Made by a program: the position numbers and the translations under genes. This document shows, one piece after another, positions 9,750-19,547 of a stretch of 64,000 nt of DNA. The DNA is from an uncultured Clostridia bacterium (GTDB lineage: Bacteria > Bacillota > Clostridia > TANB77 > CAG-508), in the NCBI GenBank assembly GCA_934167365.1, contig CAKPKU010000001.1, positions 15,163 through 79,162 of the forward strand, in the 5' to 3' direction. Position 1 is the first letter of the stretch, and each line of letters opens with the position of its first letter. Below the pieces are notes generated by a model. The model had not been told where the DNA came from, ran no database searches, and worked only from the letters and a program-made list of their open reading frames with translations.

Positions 9750-10700
9750 CTAATTTTTTTTATTTTCTTCACGAATTCCATTATATTCTTTTATAAAATA
9801 TAATGGTCTGTTTTTAGTTTCATTGAATATTCTGCCTAAATATTCTCCCATTATTCCAAATAACATTATTTGTATTCCCGAAAAAAATAATACTAATAAT
9901 ATTATTGCTTGAAATGCTTGTACTGCTATATTTTGTGTAATACATTTTATTATTACATATATACAGTATATAATTAATGCTAAAAATGTGGGAATTGCTA
10001 AATATGTTGATAATCTTAATGGTGATGTTGTAAATGATGTTATTCCATCAATTGCTAAATCAATAAGTTTTTTATAGTTCCATTTTGTTTTTCCTGCAAT
10101 TCGCGGATCACGATCAAACAATACTTCTTTTTTATTATATCCTATCCAACTAAACATACTTTTTGAACACCTTTGTGTTTCTCGTAATTGTTTTAAGGCA
10201 TTTACACATCTTCTATCTAATAATCTGAAGTCTCCTGTGTCTTTTTGTATTTCTACTCTTGTTAGGCTTTGTAATACTTTGTAATACATTTTTGATGTAA
10301 ATTTTTTTAAGAATGTTTCTCCTCTTCTTGACTTTCTTCTTGCATATACATCATCATAACCTTCCTCCCAATATTTTATCAGCTCTGGTATTAGCTCTGG
10401 AGGATCTTGTAAATCTGCATCTATAAATATTACGCAATCGCCTTTTGCATAATCTAAACCTGCTATCATGGCTATTTCTTTTCCATAGTTTCTTGAAAAA
10501 TCTACATAACTTACTCTTGTATCATTAGATCTTAATTTTTTTATTATTTCTAGTGTATTATCTTTGCTGCCATCATTTATGAATAGCATTTCAAAATCAT
10601 AATTGCTTAAATTAGATATTACTTTATTTAATCTGTCATATAATAAAGGTAGTGACTCTTCTTCATTATATGCTGGTATTATTATTGATACTTTTTTCAT
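9750..10700 (-). CDS. GT2 polyprenol-phosphate glycosyltransferase (GtrB/CsbB/ArnC-like) with two C-terminal TM helices
   Basis: 316 aa. The N-terminus IIIPAYNEEESL...FINDGSKDNT with DAD/DxD motifs marks a GT-A fold, and the C-terminal hydrophobic pair is typical of Und-P-sugar synthases. Confidence 0.8.
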   Translation of the reverse strand: MKKVSIIIPAYNEEESLPLLYDRLNKVISNLSNYDFEMLFINDGSKDNTLEIIKKLRSNDTRVSYVDFSRNYGKEIAMIAGLDYAKGDCVIFIDADLQDPPELIPELIKYWEEGYDDVYARRKSRRGETFLKKFTSKMYYKVLQSLTRVEIQKDTGDFRLLDRRCVNALKQLRETQRCSKSMFSWIGYNKKEVLFDRDPRIAGKTKWNYKKLIDLAIDGITSFTTSPLRLSTYLAIPTFLALIIYCIYVIIKCITQNIAVQAFQAIILLVLFFSGIQIMLFGIMGEYLGRIFNETKNRPLYFIKEYNGIREENKKN

Positions 10701-10850
10701 ATTTTTGTCTCCTTTTTATCAGATGTGTATATGATAACATATTATAACGAGTTATTCAAACATTTTATTAATTTTAGTTTTATATTTATAAGTTAATTGC
10801 TTTAGATTTCTATTTTTGAAATATTAGTTTACCTGTTTATATAATAAAAT

Positions 10851-10880
10851 ACACAATACATTGTTATTAATGTATTGTGT
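10851..10880 (-). terminator. Candidate intrinsic terminator downstream of galE (12-bp stem ACACAATACATT / AATGTATTGTGT, 6-nt loop, U-rich tract on both sides)
   Basis: I read the hairpin directly. It is followed on the minus strand by AUUUUAUUAUAU. Confidence 0.45.
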
Positions 10881-10888
10881 GCTTCTTA

Positions 10889-11896
10889 TTATTTTTTACT
10901 CATTTCAATATAATGCCATGAATCTTTACACATGTCATCTAGATTTTTTTCGGCTACCCATCCTAGCTCTATTTTTGCTTTTGCTGGATCTGCATAACAT
11001 TTTGCTATGTCACCAGCTCTACGTGGTGCTATTTTGTATTTTACTTCTTTACCTGTTGCTTTTTCAAATGCTTTTACCATATCTAAAACACTATAACCTG
11101 TTCCTGTTCCTAGATTATATATGAATAAACCTTCGTGCTCTTTATCAAGTTTTTCAAGTGCTTTTACATGTCCTTTTGCTAAGTCTACTACATGTATGTA
11201 ATCTCTTACTCCTGTTCCATCTGGAGTATCATAATCGTTTCCGAATACAGATAGCTCTGGTAAAATTCCAGCTGCAACTCTTGCTACATATGGCATTAGG
11301 TTGTTTGGAATTCCTTGTGGCTCTTCTCCTATTAGTCCACTTTCGTGTGCTCCTACTGGGTTGAAATATCTTAATATACAGATATCCCATGTGTTATCTG
11401 AGTTATAGATGTCTTTTAAAATTTGCTCTATGAATAGTTTTGTTGTTCCATATGGATTTGTTGTTCCTCCTGTTGGGAATTCTTCTGTTATTGGCATTGT
11501 TGCTGGATCTCCATATACAGTTGCTGATGAGCTAAATATGAATTTTTTGCAATTGTGTGCTCTCATTACATCTAATAGTACTAGTGCTCCTGAAATGTTG
11601 TTCATATAGTATTCTATTGGTTTTTTTACTGATTCGCCTACTGCCTTGTATCCTGCAAAATTTAGGACTGCTTCTATTTTATTTTCTGTAAAAACTTTTT
11701 CTAGATCTTCTTTGTTTGAATAATCCATTTCGTAAAATTTGAAATCTTTTCCTGTTATTTGTTTTATTTTGTCTAGTACTTCTGGTTTGCTATTTGAAAA
11801 GTTATCTATAATAACAATTTCCTTTCCTGAATTTAATAGTTCGACTGCTGTGTGGCTTCCTATGTAGCCTGCTCCTCCTGGTAATAATATTGCCAT
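10889..11896 (-). CDS. galE: UDP-glucose 4-epimerase
   Basis: 335 aa. It has the NAD-binding GGAGYIGSH motif, the catalytic YxxxK (YGTTK) and a full-length GalE-like SDR-extended architecture. Confidence 0.9.
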   Translation of the reverse strand: MAILLPGGAGYIGSHTAVELLNSGKEIVIIDNFSNSKPEVLDKIKQITGKDFKFYEMDYSNKEDLEKVFTENKIEAVLNFAGYKAVGESVKKPIEYYMNNISGALVLLDVMRAHNCKKFIFSSSATVYGDPATMPITEEFPTGGTTNPYGTTKLFIEQILKDIYNSDNTWDICILRYFNPVGAHESGLIGEEPQGIPNNLMPYVARVAAGILPELSVFGNDYDTPDGTGVRDYIHVVDLAKGHVKALEKLDKEHEGLFIYNLGTGTGYSVLDMVKAFEKATGKEVKYKIAPRRAGDIAKCYADPAKAKIELGWVAEKNLDDMCKDSWHYIEMSKK

Positions 11897-12195
11897 AATT
11901 CATACCTCCTTGTTTTTTGCATTATATAGCAATTTTTATTTAATGGCAAGTATTTGGATATTTTTTTGTTAGATTTTGTGGAGAGCCATTTTTCTTATTT
12001 CTTTGACTCTTGTTAACTATGATGAACAATAGTCAGAGTTAATGTTATTATTATTATGTAACTCATATACATGATTTAAATACTTCTAACATAAATTCAT
12101 GTAGCTGTTCTATAAAAAAATAACCTCAAATTATTATATTTTTTAATAATTCACGTTCATTTCATATTAATTTTTTACTAATCTTTAGTATAAAA

Positions 12196-12231
12196 AAATC
12201 AAAAATCACAATTTTTAATGATTTTTGATTT
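12196..12231 (-). terminator. Candidate intrinsic terminator after the 12256..12933 gene (13-bp stem AAATCAAAAATCA / TGATTTTTGATTT with U-runs on both sides)
   Basis: I read the hairpin directly. Confidence 0.4.
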
Positions 12232-12255
12232 TTGAATATTTTTTTACAGTCTTTT

Positions 12256-12933
12256 TTATTTAGTCAAACCATAGAACCATGGTCCTTGACCATCTTTACC
12301 AGATGTTGAACCTCCAGCCATATATGAATCTATAACCTTTGCAATATTTGTGTCTTCTTTAGGTGTATTTGATGTTTTAGTAAATTTATTATTTTCACTA
12401 TCACTAAAACTTCCATCACTATTTAAGTTAAATTTAAAAACTTCATTACACAAACTTGCTGATGGATCATTTCCAACTAAAACAACACTATTCATAATAA
12501 TTTGATTTTCGTTAATTGTATAATATCCTACATAGTGAGCATCTGTATCCCCACATTTATAATATGCAGAAAAAGTTCCTTCCTTACTTAGCACTATTGT
12601 ATAATTCATATAAAACGGTTCTGAATTAGTTCCTTCATTCATATTAATTTTTTGAGATTCATATGTTCCCTTTAAACTATCATATGTTTGAGTACCATTT
12701 TCTTTTGTTTTTTCATTTTTTAATTCATTTGAATTACTTTTATTTTCGTTTTCTTCATTTTTTGTTTCATTTGAATTATTATTTTCATTTTTTGATTCCA
12801 TTGCAGCAACTTTATTTTCTAATTCATTTGTTCTACTTTTTTCTTTTTGAAGATTATCAAAAAGAAACCATCCTCCAACTCCTAATATAGCAATTATTAA
12901 AATAACTATTAAACATATAACTACCTTTTTCAT
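12256..12933 (-). CDS. hypothetical membrane-anchored protein (N-terminal TM, N/E-rich linker, about 110-aa C-terminal globular domain)
   Basis: The evidence is the ORF, a hydrophobic N-terminus and a low-complexity NENNNSNETKNEENENKSN linker. I see no recognisable catalytic motif. Confidence 0.5.
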   Translation of the reverse strand: MKKVVICLIVILIIAILGVGGWFLFDNLQKEKSRTNELENKVAAMESKNENNNSNETKNEENENKSNSNELKNEKTKENGTQTYDSLKGTYESQKINMNEGTNSEPFYMNYTIVLSKEGTFSAYYKCGDTDAHYVGYYTINENQIIMNSVVLVGNDPSASLCNEVFKFNLNSDGSFSDSENNKFTKTSNTPKEDTNIAKVIDSYMAGGSTSGKDGQGPWFYGLTK

Positions 12934-13196
12934 AAATTTTCCTCCTTTTAGCTTTTGTAAAAAAATATTTATTATGAATTCATTATAACAAAAACGAAAA
13001 TTTTTTCAATATATTTTTTCAAAAATATTCCATCCTAAAATAAAAAGGTTTTACAAATTTTTATGAAAGGTTATATTTATTTTGTGTTGTCTATCTCTCA
13101 CTATAGTGGATACTATAAGTTATAATTGCCAAAGGAAACGGCTCCGATTGACAATCATTTGTAGGTATGCCAAAGAAAGCCATCCCTATTGACAGA

Positions 13197-14129
13197 TTAT
13201 AACTTTTCGATTTCTTCCTCAGTTAGACCTGTTAATTCAGATATCAAGTTGATATCCATTTTCTTTTCCAACATTTTTTTCACAAGTTCGTTTCTTTCCT
13301 CGGCTCGTCCTTTAGCATGTCCCTCGGCTAATCCCTCGGCTCTTCCCTTGGCTTTTCCTTCAGTTAATCCTTCTGCTCTTCCAGCCGCTAATCCTTTTTC
13401 CTTCATTTCGGACATTGCACTATTATAGTCATATCGTGCCCAGTCTTCGGCATCTGCTAATTGTTGTACTTCTTCATCTGCATTTAATAGTCGTAATTGT
13501 CTTACTGCTTCTTCTAATTCTGCCCTTGTTCTTGCCATATCCTGTACCTCCTTTCCGTATGGATTTATAAAAAATTCTAACCATGGGTCTATTTCTCCTG
13601 TTTTCTTTTTGTGTCTTTTGTATTTTTCTAGCTCTAATATATGTACTTCTGTATTTTTCGTTAGTATTTTTTCTTTGTGATTTTCTTCCCTATAATGCCA
13701 TACTGTGTGATATTCTTGTATGTTTTCTAAATTTGGAAAATCTTCTTCCATTAGTACTACTAATACTGTTCTTTTTAGCTTTTTATAATCTTCTTTTACT
13801 TTAATATCTGCTACATATGTTTTTGATAGATATGCTATAAATCTGTCTGGTAAATAATCATATGCTTTTCTTTGCATTTCTACTATGTACTTTTGAAGAT
13901 ATTTATCTTTTGCAATTAAATCAGCTACCATTTGCTTATCTTTTGGTTTTTCTTTTAGTAATTCTAATTTGAAGTTTGTTGATATTTCTTCAATTTCTTC
14001 TCCTGTTATGTGCTTTAAAAAGCTTTTTGTTATTCTTTCGTTTCCTGGATTTCCTAATAAACATTTGAATATTACATCATTTGTTGGTAGGTATTTGGGG
14101 TTGTGAGTGTTTGTTAAACTTTTTGTCAT
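13197..14129 (-). CDS. Rpn-family recombination-promoting nuclease / putative transposase (PD-(D/E)XK, PDDEXK_2 / TIGR01784-like)
   Basis: 310 aa. It has the N-terminal LPTNDVIFKCLLGNPGNERITKSFL, a D...E-x-Q nuclease motif (VADLI...IVEMQRK) and the characteristic C-terminal coiled GRAEG-repeat tail ending in LISELTGLTEEEIEKL. The 3' end is GC-richer than its surroundings. Confidence 0.75.
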   Translation of the reverse strand: MTKSLTNTHNPKYLPTNDVIFKCLLGNPGNERITKSFLKHITGEEIEEISTNFKLELLKEKPKDKQMVADLIAKDKYLQKYIVEMQRKAYDYLPDRFIAYLSKTYVADIKVKEDYKKLKRTVLVVLMEEDFPNLENIQEYHTVWHYREENHKEKILTKNTEVHILELEKYKRHKKKTGEIDPWLEFFINPYGKEVQDMARTRAELEEAVRQLRLLNADEEVQQLADAEDWARYDYNSAMSEMKEKGLAAGRAEGLTEGKAKGRAEGLAEGHAKGRAEERNELVKKMLEKKMDINLISELTGLTEEEIEKL

Positions 14130-14744
14130 AGTTTTTCCTTTCTTTTATTTTAACATATTAGTTAAATTTTATGCAATAATTTAAGTGTTTTTTACTTATG
14201 TTGTTTGGAATTTGATTTAGACTTATGGAAAATTTTAACTGTAGTATTGAATTTGCTTTTTTTGTGAATTTTTTGATTTAAATCATTTTGAATATAAAAT
14301 TATTAGAAATTTATTAAAATATTTTATGAATTTATAAAAATTTTGTGAAAATTACAAATTTGTAGTGAGAATATAATTTTTTATATCTTATTTTAATTTC
14401 TTAATATTTGTAGCTCAAGTTTGCTTAAACTATTGCATTACTTATGCTTTGGGAGATATTTTAGAATTTAAATTTTTGAATAAAATTTATGAGCTTTAAA
14501 TCTGTTCTGAACTAAATAAAAAAATATTTTGCATTAAGCTTTTAACTTGTATGTATTTTATAATGATTTCATTTATTTGGCAAGGAAAATCGTAAGACAA
14601 AATTCGATTTTTTCTGTAGATTGTTGTAACTCATAATTTTTATTGAAATTGTCTTGATATTATTATATTTTAACTATAATTTAAATATTTTGTCAAAAAA
14701 CAAGCAAAGAATATCTTAATTTTCTCTGCCTGTTTTCATATTAA

Positions 14745-15710
14745 TTATTTTAACCATTCAGGATTTTCTAAATACCAGTCTATGGTTTTTATAATTCCAT
14801 CTTCAAATTTTGTTTTTGGTTCCCATCCTAGCTCGTTTTTTATTTTTGTTGGGTCTATTGCATATCTGTAATCGTGTCCTTTTCTATCTTCTACATGCTC
14901 TATTAATGATTCTGGTTTGTTTAAATGTTTTAGTATTAATTTAACAATTTCAATATTTCTTTTTTCATTGTGACCACCTATATTGTATCTTTCTCCTGCT
15001 TTTCCATTATGTAATATTAAGTCTATTGCTTCGCAGTGATCTTCTACATATAGCCAATCTCTTATGTTTAAACCTTCTCCATATACTGGTAGTTTTTCAT
15101 CTTTTAAAGCTAATTTTATCATATGAGGAATTAGTTTTTCATTGTTTTGATATGGACCATAGTTGTTTGAACAATTTGTGACACTTACATTCATTTTAAA
15201 TGTTTCGTGATATGCAAATGCTATTAAATCAGAGCTTGCTTTTGATGCTGAATATGGACTATTTGGTTTTATTGGAGATGTTTCTGTAAAATATCCCTCT
15301 TCACCTAAAGTTCCATATACTTCATCTGTTGATATATGTACAAATTTATTTTGGCTACCTTCTCCCCATACTCTTTTGGCTACTTCTAATAATGTGTGTG
15401 TTCCTAATACATTAGTTTGTGTAAATACAAATGGTGTTTTTATACTATTATCAACATGTGATTCTGCTGCGAAGTGTACAACAGCATCGATATTATATTT
15501 TTCAAAAGTTTCTAAAACTTTGTCTAAATCATAAATATCGCCTTTTACAAATATAATTTTATCTTTTATTTTTTTAAAATTATCCATATTTCCGGCATAA
15601 GTTAATTTGTCAAATACTATAATATTATAATCTGGATGTTTGTTTACCACAAATTCTGCAAAGTTACTTCCTATGAATCCAGCGGCACCTGTTACTAATA
15701 TATTTTTCAT
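14745..15710 (-). CDS. rfbB: dTDP-glucose 4,6-dehydratase
   Basis: 321 aa. It has GAAGFIGSN, the catalytic triad context (TDEVYG, YSASKAS) and the RmlB-like C-terminus WYLENPEW. No rmlA, rmlC or rmlD is adjacent. Confidence 0.9.
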   Translation of the reverse strand: MKNILVTGAAGFIGSNFAEFVVNKHPDYNIIVFDKLTYAGNMDNFKKIKDKIIFVKGDIYDLDKVLETFEKYNIDAVVHFAAESHVDNSIKTPFVFTQTNVLGTHTLLEVAKRVWGEGSQNKFVHISTDEVYGTLGEEGYFTETSPIKPNSPYSASKASSDLIAFAYHETFKMNVSVTNCSNNYGPYQNNEKLIPHMIKLALKDEKLPVYGEGLNIRDWLYVEDHCEAIDLILHNGKAGERYNIGGHNEKRNIEIVKLILKHLNKPESLIEHVEDRKGHDYRYAIDPTKIKNELGWEPKTKFEDGIIKTIDWYLENPEWLK

Positions 15711-15764
15711 TTTTTCTCCTATTCTATTAACTATTACATACTTAAACCTAAATAAACAATTTTA

Positions 15765-18700
15765 TTAAAATATTATATTTAAGTCCACATTTCCGCTTAT
15801 ACCTGATATATTACCTTTACTTGTATATTGCCATATATCATATTTTCCATTATAATCAGTTTTATTTTCTGGAGATCCAGTATAATGCGCTAGCCAAATT
15901 TTATATCCAGATAATTTTTTCATATCTAGATTAAAATGGAACCAATATTTGCTTGCATAAATCATTCCAGTATAACCTCTCTCTTCTACTCTTTTACAAA
16001 AAGCATCGCATATTCTTGTTCTTTCCTCTACCGAAAGTTTATCTGCTCTACCTATTTTAGCTGTGGTCGACTCTTCAGAATCAATTACTACTGGATATGT
16101 GATATTGTATTGTTTTATAGCATCAATTATAAAATCCGCTTCTTCTCTTGCTTCTGCTTCATTAATTGCTTGTGTATAAAAATAAACTCCACATTTAATA
16201 CCATTTTTTAATGCATTTTCTAAATTATATTTATAATTACTATCATACACAATTCTTCCTGTTCCCCATCCTCTATATCCTACTCGTATCATTGCAAAAT
16301 CAACGCCTGATTCTTTTACAGCTTTCCAATCTATATTTCCTTGATATACTGAAACATCTATTCCATTTAGCTCTGTGACTTTTTCAAATGTAAACTCTTG
16401 GTTTTCCTTTCCTGACTTTCCATATGTTAGTACTCTTGTACCATTTTGAATCTCATTTTTTTCTACTGTTAAATATAAACCTGTTCCTTTTGAAATTATA
16501 TTAAATTTTCCATTTTCAGTTTCTCTAATTATCCATTTTTGTGCATCTGTATTATTCCAATTATATTGTTGTATTCTATTTCCATTCTGCATTACCCCAT
16601 TTACAACATCTAATACCTTATTAGATTTTTTTACTGTTATTGAATATAAGCCATCCCCTATATATCTTATATAAAATCGTTGTTGTGCTACATCTGCATC
16701 TTCCCAAATTTGAAGTTTTGCCCCTGAATCCATACTACCTGAAGTAATATCAAAAATCATATTTTTATTTATAGATGTACGAATTTCATAAGTTCCATCT
16801 TCTATTGTTCTATTACCACTTTCCTGATTTATTTTTTCTAATTTGAATTTCTGTGACATACCATCATTTTCTTTATACATTAAAAGCTCTGTTCCACATT
16901 GTGCCTCGGTATCCGGTATAGTTATATATAGTCCATTACATTTTGATATTATGCTATATGTATTATCTTCATTCTTTTTTATAATCCACTTCTGTGCATC
17001 TGTATCATTATTATCATATTGTTGTATTTTTGTTTTTTCCTTTAGCCCTCCTCCTTCAACATCTAATACCTTGCTTGAATTTCTTGCTGTAATCTTATAA
17101 AATCCATCTCCCATATACTTAATTAAATAACGCTGTTGCTTTACATTGCAGTCATCCCATATCTGCAATTTTGCTTGTGAATTGTTACTTCCTCCTTTAA
17201 TATCAAAAACTTTATTTTCGTCTTGTGCTATTCTTATTTTATATTCTCCATCCTCTATTATCTTTTCACCATTTACTTTTACTACTTTATCAAAGATAAA
17301 CTTTTGATTATAATCCTCATCTTTATGCCCATACATTAATACTTTATTTCCGCATTCTATATTCTTATTATTAATAGTTAAATATAAATCATTACGTTTT
17401 GATATTATAAAAAATGTTCCATCTTGATTTTCCCTGATAATCCATCTTTGTGCATCTGTATCATTATTATCATATTGCTGAACTTTATTTCCATCATCTA
17501 GTCCACCGCCTTCAACATCTAATACTTTACCTGATTTTTTCACACTAATTTTATAATATCCATTCCCCATATAATTTACTATATACCTCTGTTGCAAAAC
17601 GTCACAGTCATCCCATATCTGCAATTTTGCTTGTGATTGATCACTTCCACCTTCTATGTCAAAGACTTTTGAATTATCCGAAGCTAATCTAATTTCATAT
17701 TCACCATCTTCTATTGTTTTTGTTCCTTTTTCCTTTTTTATTTCTTGAAATATAAATTCTTGATTTTCATTCTCATTCTTTCCATACGTTAATACCTTTG
17801 TTCCATTTTTCACTTCATTATTTTCTATCGTTAAATATAAACCTGTTCCTTTTGAAATTATATTAAACCTACCATTTTCAGTTTCTTTAATTATCCACTT
17901 TTGTGCATCTGTATTATTCCAATCATATTGTTGTATTCTATTTCCATTCTCCATTATTCCATTTACAACATCTAATGCTTTATTAGATTTCTTTACAGCT
18001 ATTGAATATAACCCATTACCAATATATTTTATATTAAATCGTTGTTGTGATACATCTGCATCTTCCCAAATTTGAAGTTTCGCTCCGGACTCTGTGCTGC
18101 CTGCAACAATATCAAAAATCATATTATTATTTAAGGCTGTCCTAATTTCATATGTTCCATCTTCTATTGTTTTATGTCCAATTTCCTGTTCTATTTTATC
18201 AAACTTAAATTTTTGTGATATATCACCTTTTTCTTTATACATTAAAAGCTCTGTTCCACATTCTACATTAGAATTTGGTATAGTTATGTATAATCCATTA
18301 AGTTTTGAGATTATACTATATGTATTATCCTTATTCTTTTTTATTATCCATTTTTGTGCATCTGTTCCATTATCATCATATTGTTGTATTCTTGCTCCTT
18401 CTTTTACGCTTCCATTTTCTACATCTAATACTTTATTTGAATTTCTTGCTGTAATTCTATAAAATCCATTTCCTAAATATTTAACAAAATATCGCTGTTG
18501 TTTTACATTACAATCATTCCATATTTGTAATTTTGCTTTAGAATCATTACTTCCAGCTTGTATATCAAAAATTTTCTCTTCATCTTGCACTGCTCTTATC
18601 TTATATTCACCATCTTCTATTGTCTTTTCATTTTCTTCCAAATTTATATATAATTGTTCTTCATTTGATATCTTACTTTGTACACGCTCATTATCTACTA

Positions 18701-18902
18701 TATCAACTTTTTTTGTTTCATTATTCTCCTGTATTCTTGAGATGCTCTCATCTTCAGATTTTCCCATATCTTTATTCTCATCATCTATTACAACCTCTTC
18801 TTCATTCGCAATTTCATTCTGTTTCGTAATTTCTACTGCTAATGAAATATTAAAAAATAGTACTGTCAAAACTAATAATATACTAATAATCTTCTTTTTC
18901 AT
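15765..18902 (-). CDS. Secreted GH25 lysozyme/muramidase with five tandem ricin-B-type (beta-trefoil, QxW) lectin domains
   Basis: 1045 aa. It has a signal peptide and five repeats of about 147 aa, each carrying LQIW / QQRY / AQKWII (QxW)3 signatures. The C-terminal roughly 210 aa carries GH25 motifs (GIDVSVYQGNIDW, FAMIRVGYRG, DSNYKYN). Confidence 0.85.
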   Translation of the reverse strand: MKKKIISILLVLTVLFFNISLAVEITKQNEIANEEEVVIDDENKDMGKSEDESISRIQENNETKKVDIVDNERVQSKISNEEQLYINLEENEKTIEDGEYKIRAVQDEEKIFDIQAGSNDSKAKLQIWNDCNVKQQRYFVKYLGNGFYRITARNSNKVLDVENGSVKEGARIQQYDDNGTDAQKWIIKKNKDNTYSIISKLNGLYITIPNSNVECGTELLMYKEKGDISQKFKFDKIEQEIGHKTIEDGTYEIRTALNNNMIFDIVAGSTESGAKLQIWEDADVSQQRFNIKYIGNGLYSIAVKKSNKALDVVNGIMENGNRIQQYDWNNTDAQKWIIKETENGRFNIISKGTGLYLTIENNEVKNGTKVLTYGKNENENQEFIFQEIKKEKGTKTIEDGEYEIRLASDNSKVFDIEGGSDQSQAKLQIWDDCDVLQQRYIVNYMGNGYYKISVKKSGKVLDVEGGGLDDGNKVQQYDNNDTDAQRWIIRENQDGTFFIISKRNDLYLTINNKNIECGNKVLMYGHKDEDYNQKFIFDKVVKVNGEKIIEDGEYKIRIAQDENKVFDIKGGSNNSQAKLQIWDDCNVKQQRYLIKYMGDGFYKITARNSSKVLDVEGGGLKEKTKIQQYDNNDTDAQKWIIKKNEDNTYSIISKCNGLYITIPDTEAQCGTELLMYKENDGMSQKFKLEKINQESGNRTIEDGTYEIRTSINKNMIFDITSGSMDSGAKLQIWEDADVAQQRFYIRYIGDGLYSITVKKSNKVLDVVNGVMQNGNRIQQYNWNNTDAQKWIIRETENGKFNIISKGTGLYLTVEKNEIQNGTRVLTYGKSGKENQEFTFEKVTELNGIDVSVYQGNIDWKAVKESGVDFAMIRVGYRGWGTGRIVYDSNYKYNLENALKNGIKCGVYFYTQAINEAEAREEADFIIDAIKQYNITYPVVIDSEESTTAKIGRADKLSVEERTRICDAFCKRVEERGYTGMIYASKYWFHFNLDMKKLSGYKIWLAHYTGSPENKTDYNGKYDIWQYTSKGNISGISGNVDLNIIF
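16420..17300. repeat. Intragenic tandem duplication, copy B (lectin domains 4-5); about 85% nucleotide identity to 17740..18623
   Basis: Plus-strand shadow ORFs 16843..17100 and 18094..18462 translate to near-identical peptides. The DNA comparison shows an offset of about 1323 bp, equal to three domain lengths. Confidence 0.7.
17740..18623. repeat. Intragenic tandem duplication, copy A (lectin domains 1-2)
   Basis: Same evidence as for copy B. Confidence 0.7.
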
Positions 18903-19015
18903 AAAAAAACTCCTCCATTCCTTTCATTTATTATTATAACTTAACTATATAATAAAATTCAACATAAATCATCGCAAAGTTTATATCAATATTTTCCATT
19001 TATTCTTCACAAAAA

Positions 19016-19067
19016 ATGTTACAATTATGACAATAAAATTTATATTTATTGTCACAGATTGTAACAT
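19016..19067 (-). terminator. Long AT-rich imperfect palindrome (two 10-bp arms, a 3-nt bubble, a 7-nt loop) followed by UUUUU on the minus strand. Candidate terminator for the gtrA-gtrB-yfhO operon and/or operator of the downstream lectin-muramidase gene.
   Basis: I read ATGTTACAAT..TGACAATAAA tataaat TTTATTGTCA..ATTGTAACAT directly from the sequence. Confidence 0.4.
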
Positions 19068-19081
19068 TTCGTAAAATATTT

Positions 19082-19546
19082 CTATTCATTTATTGATAAA
19101 TTTGTTTTATCAATATTCTCTCTTTTTTTAAAAACAAATAATTTGCTGAAAACATAATTTAATACTAAAATTATCAATTGTACTAATATTTTAGCTATTT
19201 TATCATTTATACTTATTATACTAACAAATAAAAACATAAATAGCATATCTATCAATAAAGTACTAATCCTAGCCATATAGAATTTAGAAGCCTCTTTTAG
19301 TACCTTCTTTTCTTTACTTTCAAAAACAAATATTTTATTCGTTATATAAGCAAATGTAACAGAGCAAATCCACGAAACCACGTTAGCAATTTGTAATTGA
19401 AATCCATCTTTTGGATCTAAAATCGTTAACACTAATGCATAATAAGATCCTAAACTAATAACAGTTGTAAAGCCACCTACTATCAGATAATTAACTATCT
19501 CTTTATATTTTTTATATTTCCCTTTAATAATATTTATCAAATTCAT
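19082..19546 (-). CDS. gtrA: GtrA family membrane protein (Und-P-sugar flippase component)
   Basis: 154 aa with 4 TM helices. The IVGGFTTVISLGSYYAL N-terminal GtrA signature is present. The gene abuts the GT2 gene, separated by 2 bp. Confidence 0.75.
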   Translation of the reverse strand: MNLINIIKGKYKKYKEIVNYLIVGGFTTVISLGSYYALVLTILDPKDGFQLQIANVVSWICSVTFAYITNKIFVFESKEKKVLKEASKFYMARISTLLIDMLFMFLFVSIISINDKIAKILVQLIILVLNYVFSKLFVFKKRENIDKTNLSINE

Positions 19547-19547
19547 T

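Noticed and set aside
13189-13428. Plus-strand ORF with PSANPSALPLAFPSVNPSALP repeats
   Set aside because: It is the antisense reading of the GRAEG-repeat tail of the Rpn-family gene.
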